A stretch of DNA of 27,633 nucleotides from NCBI GenBank assembly GCA_016938455.1, contig JAFGUQ010000263.1:1-27633 (forward strand). Reading direction: 5' to 3'. Below the pieces are notes generated by a model. The model saw only the letters and a program-made list of their open reading frames with translations, did no database searches and was not told the origin of the DNA. A program made the position numbers and the translations under genes. Positions 6,887-15,164 of this stretch are shown here, in pieces. Origin of the DNA: Clostridia bacterium (GTDB taxonomy: Bacteria > Bacillota > Clostridia > DUPQ01). Numbering within the stretch: the first letter of the stretch is position 1; every line of letters begins with the position of its first letter.

Positions 6887-7868
6887 TGATAAACTCCTCC
6901 AATATTTTTACAGTCATGCCATCCAAGGCACTTTTTACTGATGCATTCTGCTTTAATCTGTTTACGGTATCTTCTAATATAAACGCCACATTCAGCAGTG
7001 TATTGATGTTATATTTATTGATGCCGTTATTTATCATAACCTTTTTATCTTTATTAATCAAGAAGATGTCATTCTGGGTACTCTTGAAAACAACCATGTC
7101 TTTGAAAATCTTAATGATGACTGACATGAAATCATCAAGGTTATCCTTGTTGACTTCCTTTACTAAGCTGAAGCATTTCTTTTCATTCTTATTAATCAGC
7201 TGTTCGGCGTATTCACATGAAAACTCTCTTGTCTGTTTGAATTTTTCAGACGAGATAATAGTCAGGGCTTTACCGATACATCCTTCAGAATAATCACTGG
7301 CCAGTTCAATCAGTTCGTTATCGTCATAGCGCTTTTTAAGAAAACCGACTACTTCCTCCTTTGTGTTCATTCCTATGTTAATCACAGAAGCCCTTGACAT
7401 GATTGTCGGTAAAATTGAATCCTCATTGTTGACTGTGATGATAATATGTCCATAATGAGGAGGTTCTTCAAACGTCTTCAGCAAACTGTTCTGAGCTTGA
7501 ACGGTCATTTTTTCTCCGTCAAAAATAATATATACTTTTTTATTGCTTTGTGTCGGTCTCAATGACATGGATTTAAGAATTTGTCTTACTTCGTCAACTT
7601 TGATAGTGTTTCCTTCAGTCTGCAACTGATATAACTCAGTGATACCATCAGATACTGCACTTTTGCAGTGTACACAATTCATGCAAGGAATCCCATGATT
7701 TGAATGGTTACATAGAATTGCATTAGCAAGTGCTTTTGCAAAGATTTTTTTACCTGAACCACTGGGTCCGGTCAGGATATAGGCGTGAGATAATTTATCA
7801 TAGTCCAACATATTTATGATACTGTTTTTTACTGCATCTCTTCCCACTATGTCAGAAAATGAAATCAT
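6879..7868 (-). CDS. holB: DNA polymerase III delta-prime subunit
   Basis: 329 aa. Evidence is the SHAYILTGPSGSGKK P-loop, the zinc-module cysteines (C..C.NC.HC), and synteny tmk-darA-holB-ricT. Confidence 0.9.
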   Translation of the reverse strand: MISFSDIVGRDAVKNSIINMLDYDKLSHAYILTGPSGSGKKIFAKALANAILCNHSNHGIPCMNCVHCKSAVSDGITELYQLQTEGNTIKVDEVRQILKSMSLRPTQSNKKVYIIFDGEKMTVQAQNSLLKTFEEPPHYGHIIITVNNEDSILPTIMSRASVINIGMNTKEEVVGFLKKRYDDNELIELASDYSEGCIGKALTIISSEKFKQTREFSCEYAEQLINKNEKKCFSLVKEVNKDNLDDFMSVIIKIFKDMVVFKSTQNDIFLINKDKKVMINNGINKYNINTLLNVAFILEDTVNRLKQNASVKSALDGMTVKILEEFIND

Positions 7869-7873
7869 ACCCG

Positions 7874-8203
7874 TTAAGCCTTGTCGTATTTCTCAACATC
7901 AACCACGAATATAGTTGCTCCACCCAGAGTGATTTCAACCGGATAACCAGCCGTCATCGCCACTCCCATGGCCGGGACATTGGCTGAATTAATCAGTTTC
8001 TTTCTGCTTTTTGATTTCGCCTTGATTATTGAAATGACTTCATCTACTTTTTCAGAAGGCACTCCAACAAGTAAAGTGACATTCCCTGCTCTTAAAAAGC
8101 CTCCAGAAGAACATAATTTAGTGACGCTAAAGCCCTCTTCGTTTAAAGATTTCATTACTTCGATTTCATCTTCGTCATGTACTATTGCAAAAACAAGCTT
8201 CAT
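7874..8203 (-). CDS. darA: PII-like cyclic-di-AMP receptor DarA (YaaQ/PstA)
   Basis: 109 aa. MKLVFAIVHDED...VTKLCSSGGFLRAGNVTLLVGV...GGATIFVVDVE closely parallels B. subtilis YaaQ. It is located between tmk and holB. Confidence 0.9.
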   Translation of the reverse strand: MKLVFAIVHDEDEIEVMKSLNEEGFSVTKLCSSGGFLRAGNVTLLVGVPSEKVDEVISIIKAKSKSRKKLINSANVPAMGVAMTAGYPVEITLGGATIFVVDVEKYDKA

Positions 8204-8205
8204 TA

Positions 8206-8835
8206 TTATCTCCCTCTAACTATTTTTTTAATCTCTTCTATCATTGCATCTGATATATCCTGTAAACTTCCGCTACCATCTATTTTTTTTATTCGATTGC
8301 CGTGCTGCTGACATAATTCCAGATATCCTCTGTATACTTTCTCATGAAACTGCATTTTTTCATTCTCCAGCCTGTCAGTCTCTGATTCATTGAATCGCCT
8401 CCTCAATGAGGTTTCAGGATCAATATCAATAAAGAACGTCACATCAGGTAATCTATTCTGTATCGCTGTCAGATTGACCTGATAAACATCATCTATTTTA
8501 AGCCCTCTCCCATAGCCCTGGTATGCTACTGAAGAATCAATAAACCTGTCACATATCACTATTATACCACTTTCAAGAGTAGGTTTAATCACCTCTGCAA
8601 AAAGTTGTGCTCTGGAGGAAGCATACAACAGCATTTCTGCAACATCATCCATTTCAGTATTCTTCGGATTCAGCACAACATGTCTGATCTGCTCTCCAAT
8701 GTTCGTGCCGCCAGGTTCTCTTAAAACAACAACCTGTTCATTATTGTCTTCAAGATATTTTCTGATTGCTTTGATGCAGGAAGTTTTTCCTGAACCATCT
8801 AATCCTTCAACTGAAATAAATAATCCCTGTTTCAT
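8206..8835 (-). CDS. tmk: Thymidylate kinase
   Basis: The FISVEGLDGSGKTS P-loop and the DRF...S..AYQG motif identify it. I prefer the ATG at 8835 (MKQGLF), with GAGGT 5 nt upstream. The track ORF starts at a TTG at 8847. Confidence 0.92.
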   Translation of the reverse strand: MKQGLFISVEGLDGSGKTSCIKAIRKYLEDNNEQVVVLREPGGTNIGEQIRHVVLNPKNTEMDDVAEMLLYASSRAQLFAEVIKPTLESGIIVICDRFIDSSVAYQGYGRGLKIDDVYQVNLTAIQNRLPDVTFFIDIDPETSLRRRFNESETDRLENEKMQFHEKVYRGYLELCQQHGNRIKKIDGSGSLQDISDAMIEEIKKIVRGR

Positions 8836-8836
8836 G

Positions 8837-10207
8837 TTATACCTCAATGATATCTAACATATCATCTTCAATTCCGATGACTTCTCCACCGCTTTTCACT
8901 ACCGCTTTGATAAATTCAATGGACGCGTCCTCTATCAGTTCTCCATAGCAGAGAACCGGAATTCCAGGAGGATAAGGTATGACAATGGTACCACAGATAC
9001 ACCCTTTAGCTTCATCTAAATGGACTCTTTTAAAGCTCATCTTAAAAGCGGCGAACATGTCAAGTTCTCTTTTTGCAATCGGAATATTCAAGCTGATATC
9101 GTGATTTCCTTTCTTGATTTCCAGCTTGTTAAGTGCCTGGTATAATTTTCTGAATTCGCTTCGTGTATTGGAAGGAACCGCAATGATGACAATATTGAAA
9201 AGATCAGCCATTTCTATGGCAATACCCTGATCATATAAATACCTTTTCACTTCATATCCGGTCATTCCAGTTTCTTTCACTTTGATGACCAGTCTTGAGA
9301 AGTCCCTGTTGTCAAGAAATTTGAACTTGACTTTCTTTCTGAATTCCTGAATGTTACGATAGAGTATCTCATATTTATCCCTGTCATCTGTCAGCACGGA
9401 TTTCTCAATGGTTGACATTAACGGATATGATGGTGAAGTGGTTAATAAGGCATTGACCACCTTTGTCATCATTTTCATGTCAATCTTTTCACTGTTGATA
9501 TGAAGAAGTGCTCCCTGGTTCAATGATGAAAGAGTCTTATGAGTGCTTTCAATGACGATATCAGCATTCTGCTTTAATGCTCCGTCAGGAAACAGCGGAC
9601 TTTTTTTAAAATGGCAGCCATGAGCCTGATCTACAATCAGAATGATATCTCTTTCATGAAGATAATCACTGATGGCCCTGATGTCTGCTACCAGACCGTA
9701 ATAGTTCGGAGAAGTAATCAATACATACTTGATTTTATCATTCTTTTCGACGGCTTCTCTGATTGTCTCTAATGACATGGGCAGAAATACATTGTTTTCA
9801 TTGTCGTATTTATTATATACAAAATGAATTTTTGTGCTGAACATAATCGCTGAATTGACAACACTTTTATGACAGTCTCTCGATACCAGCAGTTCTCCGT
9901 CATGTATTGATATATACTTGATGACTATCTGATTTCCTGAGGTAGACCCATTGACCAGAAAATATGACTTCATGCAGCCTTCCTGCTTAGAGATCAACCC
10001 CAGTGATTCTTTGATGATTCCTCTTGGATTTTGCAGATTATCAGCTCCGTACATTTCTGTAATGTCATATTTAACTAGGTTCCTTTTTTGAACTGCATCA
10101 AAACCTTTGGTGCTGTTATGCCCGGGCATATGAAAACTGATCAGTTTCTTCTTATTATTTGTCCATAGAAAATCATTGATTGGTGTATTACTTTTTATTT
10201 TTTTCAT
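8837..10207 (-). CDS. PLP-dependent Orn/Lys/Arg decarboxylase family protein (YaaO-like)
   Basis: 456 aa. Evidence is the N-terminal FHMPGH motif, the PLP-lysine motif ESTHKTL, and its position directly upstream of tmk, as for B. subtilis yaaO. Confidence 0.85.
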   Translation of the reverse strand: MKKIKSNTPINDFLWTNNKKKLISFHMPGHNSTKGFDAVQKRNLVKYDITEMYGADNLQNPRGIIKESLGLISKQEGCMKSYFLVNGSTSGNQIVIKYISIHDGELLVSRDCHKSVVNSAIMFSTKIHFVYNKYDNENNVFLPMSLETIREAVEKNDKIKYVLITSPNYYGLVADIRAISDYLHERDIILIVDQAHGCHFKKSPLFPDGALKQNADIVIESTHKTLSSLNQGALLHINSEKIDMKMMTKVVNALLTTSPSYPLMSTIEKSVLTDDRDKYEILYRNIQEFRKKVKFKFLDNRDFSRLVIKVKETGMTGYEVKRYLYDQGIAIEMADLFNIVIIAVPSNTRSEFRKLYQALNKLEIKKGNHDISLNIPIAKRELDMFAAFKMSFKRVHLDEAKGCICGTIVIPYPPGIPVLCYGELIEDASIEFIKAVVKSGGEVIGIEDDMLDIIEV

Positions 10208-10973
10208 GTATTATCCTTAGCCCATCCAGAGTTAGCATACTGTCTATTTCGTCAATTTCCGTTGACTCTGTTGCGACTAATCTTGCTAGCCCACCAGTTG
10301 CGACTACTCTTATTTTTTCTTTTTGTTCTCCCTGTTCTTCCATTTCTTCTTTTATCTTGTTAACCAGAAAATCAATCTGGCCTACAAATCCGTAAACAAG
10401 ACCTGCCTGCATACTATCCACTGTATTCTTACCTAAAACTTTTTTAGGCTTAACGATTTGGATATTCGGGAGCTTAGCAGCTTTTTGAGTCAGTGCATCA
10501 GCAGAGACTCTTACTCCGGGACAAATGGTAACTCCCAGAATATTGTTTTTTGTATCAATGGCGCATAGTGTTGTGGCTGTACCGAAATCAACTACAATCA
10601 GAGGACCGGTATATTTTTCATGAGCTCCAACTGCATTGACTATGATATCTGCCCCTAATTCTTTAGGGTTGTCTATTTTGATATGAAGCCCTGTTTTAAT
10701 TCCCGGTTCAACCAGCAGAGGTTCACAATCAAAAAACTTTCTGATAGCATGTATCAGCGAATACATGATATGCGGTGTCACTGATGAAATGATAACATCT
10801 TTGATGTCACTCATCTTAATATTGACATTACTGAACATGGTAATGAAAAATACACCAAATTCATCTGAGGTTCGTTCTTTATTTGTTGTGATACGCCACA
10901 CATTCAAAAGTTTCTCATTTTCATATATGCCAGTGACTATATTCGTGTTTCCAACATCGATAACTAGAAGCAT
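10188..10973 (-). CDS. coaX: Type III pantothenate kinase
   Basis: 261 aa. MLLVIDVGNTN, VDFGTATT and VATGGLA are the ASKHA phosphate and adenosine motifs of CoaX. The RBS is AGGAGG. Confidence 0.92.
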   Translation of the reverse strand: MLLVIDVGNTNIVTGIYENEKLLNVWRITTNKERTSDEFGVFFITMFSNVNIKMSDIKDVIISSVTPHIMYSLIHAIRKFFDCEPLLVEPGIKTGLHIKIDNPKELGADIIVNAVGAHEKYTGPLIVVDFGTATTLCAIDTKNNILGVTICPGVRVSADALTQKAAKLPNIQIVKPKKVLGKNTVDSMQAGLVYGFVGQIDFLVNKIKEEMEEQGEQKEKIRVVATGGLARLVATESTEIDEIDSMLTLDGLRIIHEKNKK

Positions 10974-10981
10974 CTTTCCTC

Positions 10982-11338
10982 CTAAATTTTCATTGCTTTA
11001 ATTTCTTCTATTTCAAGTCTGATTTCTTTTTCCACCCTCAATATATCCTTTTTGATGTCCTCAGTAGTTTCCACCAGAGGTTTATTAAAAGGCTTCTTGA
11101 ATTTTTTATATGGTTTCTTATAGTAATTCTTTTTCCCGTTACTGGTATTTGGATTACTGTTTCCGGTATTATTGTTACTAGTGTTATTCGCATTATTACT
11201 GCCGGCAGAAACATTAGCATTGTTACGATTGTTGTTGTTTCTATTGCTGTTGTTATTTCTATTGTTGTTATTGCTGTTATTGTTGTTTCTGTTCTGGTTA
11301 CTTGTGTTGTTCGTATTGTTAGTTTTTCCCTCTGACAT
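10982..11338 (-). CDS. Small Asn-rich low-complexity protein with a basic Lys/Tyr/Pro segment and a C-terminal charged helix; unknown function
   Basis: 118 aa counted from the ATG at 11338 (MSEGK), with an AGGAG RBS 8 nt upstream. 36 of residues 6-67 are Asn. This is followed by GKKNYYKKPYKKFKKPFNKP and the heptad-like DIKKDILRVEKEIRLEIEEIKAM. It sits in-line between birA and coaX with 8-14 nt gaps. Coding status rests on the RBS and the packing only. Confidence 0.6.
   Translation of the reverse strand: MSEGKTNNTNNTSNQNRNNNNSNNNNRNNNSNRNNNNRNNANVSAGSNNANNTSNNNTGNSNPNTSNGKKNYYKKPYKKFKKPFNKPLVETTEDIKKDILRVEKEIRLEIEEIKAMKI
11138..11323 (-). repeat. Imperfect AAY-rich trinucleotide low-complexity tract (encodes the Asn-rich segment)
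   Basis: There are runs such as aataacaacaat/agcaat repeated on the coding strand, seen on the plus strand as attgttgtt/attgctgtt units. Confidence 0.8.
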
Positions 11339-11352
11339 AAATAAAGCTCCTT

Positions 11353-12318
11353 TCAAGCATAACCCATGATTCCTCTGATTGACACTTCTCCCGCATTGAA
11401 TACTTCTATTTTACCACTTTTCTCTTCTAAAATCAGTCTTCCGGCATCATCAATGTCTTTTACTATCCCATAAAATTCTTCATGAGCCTTAATGACCCTG
11501 ACTTCCCTGCCGATGGTCATGGAAAAGTGTTTCCATTCATCAATAATCTTACTCAGTTCATTATTTTGAATGTCACTATATATTTCATCCATATTATAGC
11601 ACAAACTTCCAATTAATAAACCTCTTTCATACTTTTGTTTTGTAGCCAGAAAAACAGAAGTGGCGACCTCTTTAATCGTTGATTCAAATTCTGTCTGCAG
11701 TAAATTTATACCGATTCCCACTACAATATAATTCACTTTATCCATCTCACTGGACATTTCTGTTAGTATACCACAAATCTTTTTATTGTTGACAATAATA
11801 TCATTCGGCCATTTTATTTTTGCATCGATATGACACTTTTCTTTCAGCGTTTTACATACTGCGACAGAGGCTGCCAAAGTAAAAATGGTGGCTTTGGCAG
11901 GTTCCATTTCAGGTTTGAAAATAAAAGAAGTCCATATCCCTTTATCATTGTCAGAGCTGAACTCTTTTCCCAGTCTTCCTCTCCCTTTATTCTGAATCCC
12001 AGCCATCACAAGTGTGGTCTTTGTAAGCTCTGATGCTATTGATTTAGCCGTTGTATTGGTTGATTCAACTTCATTCATATAGATGAGATTCATATTCCCA
12101 TCATAATATCGTTTCACTTCATATTCATTCAAAGGGAGATTCTCTTTAATCAGTTTATACCCTTTATTACTTACAGAAAGAATCTGGTAACGCTCTTTTT
12201 TCAGCATGTTAATATGTTTCCAGACAGCGGTTCGTGAAACACCCAAACTTTCCGATATAGTTTCACCGGATACATAATCTGATGAAGCATATAGAATATC
12301 AAGTATTTTACTGTTCAT
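11353..12318 (-). CDS. birA: Bifunctional biotin-[acetyl-CoA-carboxylase] ligase / biotin operon repressor
   Basis: 321 aa. The N-terminal winged HTH is ISESLGVSRTAVWKHINMLKKERY. The biotin-loop motif is GRGRLGKEF. KWPNDI and a C-terminal SH3-like tail are also present. Confidence 0.9.
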   Translation of the reverse strand: MNSKILDILYASSDYVSGETISESLGVSRTAVWKHINMLKKERYQILSVSNKGYKLIKENLPLNEYEVKRYYDGNMNLIYMNEVESTNTTAKSIASELTKTTLVMAGIQNKGRGRLGKEFSSDNDKGIWTSFIFKPEMEPAKATIFTLAASVAVCKTLKEKCHIDAKIKWPNDIIVNNKKICGILTEMSSEMDKVNYIVVGIGINLLQTEFESTIKEVATSVFLATKQKYERGLLIGSLCYNMDEIYSDIQNNELSKIIDEWKHFSMTIGREVRVIKAHEEFYGIVKDIDDAGRLILEEKSGKIEVFNAGEVSIRGIMGYA

Positions 12319-12896
12319 CTTTTCATCCTGATTATGTAATGCTGTCCAGAAGATTCATAGATGCTGTATTTTTTATTATCCGATTCAATTTTTGTGAATT
12401 GACTGTTGTTCTCGAAATAACCATGCAATGCTCTGTCATAAAAATGAGTGTCTTCGTTTTCAAGTTTTGCCATTAAAGTTTTCAAGTACTGCTCTTCATC
12501 ATTTTCAAAGAGAATAGGGATATCTCTGTTTTTATCAAGGACAGAGATAAATTCACCTAACACAGTATAGGTGATCGTAAACGCAGGTTTTCTGTACATT
12601 CCCACTTTATACTGTCTGGCCGGTATCACTGAATTAAGGTAAAGCTCCTGATGACCGGTTTCAAAAAAAACATTCTCGACAATATATGCTTTCTCATCAT
12701 TCAATTCAAGCTTAAGGCAGTCATAATCCGGATCCATGTATTTCCGTATATTATCCTTTGGAGTCAGATATGCGGTAATGGCTTTCTTCTTGAAAATATC
12801 AATGATAATTTCCGTATCACACCATTTTGAAAGTTTCAGTCCACAATCACTTGTTTCTTCAGTTTCTTCTTTTTTTATGTAGTAGTAAGCTATCAA
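12315..12896 (-). CDS. Hypothetical protein (193 aa), TTG start, translationally coupled to birA
   Basis: A TTG start at 12896 is preceded by AGGAGA at a 7-nt spacing. The stop overlaps the birA start as ATGA. I recognise no motif. Confidence 0.65.
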   Translation of the reverse strand: MIAYYYIKKEETEETSDCGLKLSKWCDTEIIIDIFKKKAITAYLTPKDNIRKYMDPDYDCLKLELNDEKAYIVENVFFETGHQELYLNSVIPARQYKVGMYRKPAFTITYTVLGEFISVLDKNRDIPILFENDEEQYLKTLMAKLENEDTHFYDRALHGYFENNSQFTKIESDNKKYSIYESSGQHYIIRMKR

Positions 12897-12910
12897 ACCT
12901 TAGTCTCCTG

Positions 12911-14047
12911 TTATTTTTTTGCAATTTCATCAGAAATTATGGCCACTCTTTTCATCTCCCTGACATCATGGACTCTGATGATATCTGCACCGTTCATGAT
13001 GGCAGCGGTGACTGTGGCGGCTGTACCTTCCACTCTTTCTTTTGGAGGCAGGTTAAGCAATTTCCCTATCATTTCTTTTCTGGAGGTACCCACCATCAAA
13101 GGAACTCCCAGTGATTTCAGTTCTCTCAATTTTCTGATGATTTCATAATTCTGCTTCAGATTTTTCCCGAATCCTATTCCTGGATCCACGGCAATGCTGG
13201 TGATTCCAATACCTGCTGACTGACAGATGATGATGCTTCTTCTCAGATAGGAGACAATCTCACCCATCATGTCCACATAGGCTTCATCTTTTTTATTATG
13301 CATGAGTATGATCCCCGCTTTATATGAAGCGACCACCTTTGCCATGTTTTCATCATTTTGAGCTCCCCATGGATCATTGACAATATGAGCTCCTGCATCA
13401 AGAAAAATCTTAGCCGCTTCACTGTCACTGGTATCCACACAGATAGGAATGCTGTAGTTTGAATGAACCTTTTTCACTAAAGGCGCAATCTCTCTTGCCA
13501 TGTCCACACTGTTGATCACCTGCGAACCGCAGATATCAATGATATCTGCTCCTTCTTCAATATGGTTTTCAACATAGGTGATTTCCTTGACAAGGTCACT
13601 GCCAGGAGTGATATTGACGACTCCCATGATGATGCTTTTTCTTCCGACAGGAATTCGTTTATCCCTGCACAGAAAGTTAGTTCTTTTACTGTCATGATTC
13701 TCAATCAGAAAATCAATCCGGTCTGCTACTCTGGCCGCCCCGGTTGTCCTGAACCTGAGTCTCTTTGTTAATCTGTCATAAGCTCTTCTTGTTCCTGAGA
13801 GGATCATATCTGTCACGATGACTTCATGCGTATACACTTTTTTGTTATAGGCTGCATTGCCACCGATTTCAAGCATATCGTTTTTTATGAGGATGGCATC
13901 TTCAGTTTTGATCTTCTCAAGTTTGATGGTGAAGAAATCAGTTCTTGATGCCAGCCATTCCACTTTATGGTCTTCTGCACCAACTGCAGCAATTTCCTTT
14001 GCTGCCTGAGTCAAATTATTAATGACTAAAATTCTTGCATCCGGCAT
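12911..14047 (-). CDS. Dihydropteroate synthase-like pterin-binding protein with a ~140-aa N-terminal extension and degenerate loop 1 / loop 2
   Basis: 378 aa. DHPS barrel motifs are retained: CVDTSD, IVNDPWG, ILMH, VDPGIGFGK, MVGTSRKEMIG, IIRVHDV. However, NVTPDSFSDGG is replaced by NITPGSDLV, and GGESTRPG is replaced by CGSQVIN. The RBS is AGGAG at 7 nt. Confidence 0.75.
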   Translation of the reverse strand: MPDARILVINNLTQAAKEIAAVGAEDHKVEWLASRTDFFTIKLEKIKTEDAILIKNDMLEIGGNAAYNKKVYTHEVIVTDMILSGTRRAYDRLTKRLRFRTTGAARVADRIDFLIENHDSKRTNFLCRDKRIPVGRKSIIMGVVNITPGSDLVKEITYVENHIEEGADIIDICGSQVINSVDMAREIAPLVKKVHSNYSIPICVDTSDSEAAKIFLDAGAHIVNDPWGAQNDENMAKVVASYKAGIILMHNKKDEAYVDMMGEIVSYLRRSIIICQSAGIGITSIAVDPGIGFGKNLKQNYEIIRKLRELKSLGVPLMVGTSRKEMIGKLLNLPPKERVEGTAATVTAAIMNGADIIRVHDVREMKRVAIISDEIAKK

Positions 14048-14049
14048 GA

Positions 14050-15156
14050 TTATACTCCTTTTACTACTTCACTGTACATATTCTCTATAATACTCTGATC
14101 AACCTTTTTAGGGCTGTTATTTATGTTCTTTTGAGTACAGGCCAGTTGTGCATATTCTCTGATTTCTTCTTCAGAAAGCGTAACTTCATTTTTAATATTG
14201 GATAATAAGAACCGTTCAAACTGCATAATGTCCTTAAAGCCCAGAATAGCAAGCATCTTCTCTGTTTTCTCAGGAACTGTACTTTGATTATATCTCAAAA
14301 ATGCACCGACAAACAAAGTATTTGCATGGCCATGAGAAATATTCTTGAAATAGGTCATGGAATATCCCATGGCATGAATGACATTGGTTCCGGTCATTGT
14401 GATGGCAAGCCCTCCCATATATGAGGAATACATGAGATAATCTCTGATGTCATCTGTGAAATCTCTGTTTTTTATGGCACTGATGCATTTTGAAAAAGCA
14501 TTGATTCCTTCTAAGGCAAATAATTCAGATTGATGGTTACTCTTAAGAGAAAGATAACTTTCCATACAGTGTGAAAAAGCATCAAACGCAGTATCTATGG
14601 TCACCTCATCAGGTAATGATCTGGTATAGGTTGAATCAATAAAAGCGATTTTAGGGAAACTGTAGGGTGAACTGAAACTTTTTTTTGTTTTGAGTTCCCT
14701 GACTGACAAGACTGAATAAGGCGTCACTTCACTGCCTGTCCCCGCGGTGGTTGGAATCGCAATGATCGGTAGCGAAGCATTCTTCAATGAATGGCTGAAC
14801 AGATCCATCGGTTGCAGCTCATTGGTATAAAGTGCAGCAATAGCCTTTGCAGCATCAATGGGCGATCCTCCTCCGATGCCGATGATAAAATCAGCTTTTT
14901 CTTTTTTTGCAAAAAGAACCCCCTCAGAAATATTCTCTAGAGGAGGATTGTTCATTACATGATCAAAAACACAGTAACTGATTTCTTCTTTTTTCAAAAG
15001 GGCAATGACATCATCTAATGCTCCACTTTTCTTTCCACTGCTTTTACCGGTTATAATGAGCGCTTTTTTACCAAATTCCTTAAAGAGATGACCATTTTCG
15101 AAAATGCACTGTTTCCCGAAAATGACCTTAGTGGGCATAAATAATGTGAAATCCAT
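14050..15156 (-). CDS. Iron-containing (group III) alcohol dehydrogenase
   Basis: 368 aa. Evidence is GIGGGSPIDAAKAIA, TTAGTGSE and a His-rich metal site (FSHCMESY...HAMGY...HGHAN). The RBS is AGGAGG. Confidence 0.88.
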   Translation of the reverse strand: MDFTLFMPTKVIFGKQCIFENGHLFKEFGKKALIITGKSSGKKSGALDDVIALLKKEEISYCVFDHVMNNPPLENISEGVLFAKKEKADFIIGIGGGSPIDAAKAIAALYTNELQPMDLFSHSLKNASLPIIAIPTTAGTGSEVTPYSVLSVRELKTKKSFSSPYSFPKIAFIDSTYTRSLPDEVTIDTAFDAFSHCMESYLSLKSNHQSELFALEGINAFSKCISAIKNRDFTDDIRDYLMYSSYMGGLAITMTGTNVIHAMGYSMTYFKNISHGHANTLFVGAFLRYNQSTVPEKTEKMLAILGFKDIMQFERFLLSNIKNEVTLSEEEIREYAQLACTQKNINNSPKKVDQSIIENMYSEVVKGV

Positions 15157-15164
15157 TCTTCCTC

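Noticed and set aside
11172-11369. 65-aa plus-strand ORF that is almost pure Leu/Phe (LLLLLFLLLL...)
   Set aside because: It is an artefact of reading the reverse complement of AAY-rich codons (ATT/GTT runs) in another frame. It lies fully inside the Asn-rich gene and the birA 3' end and has no RBS. The same reasoning applies to the alternative minus-frame ORF at 11038-11220.
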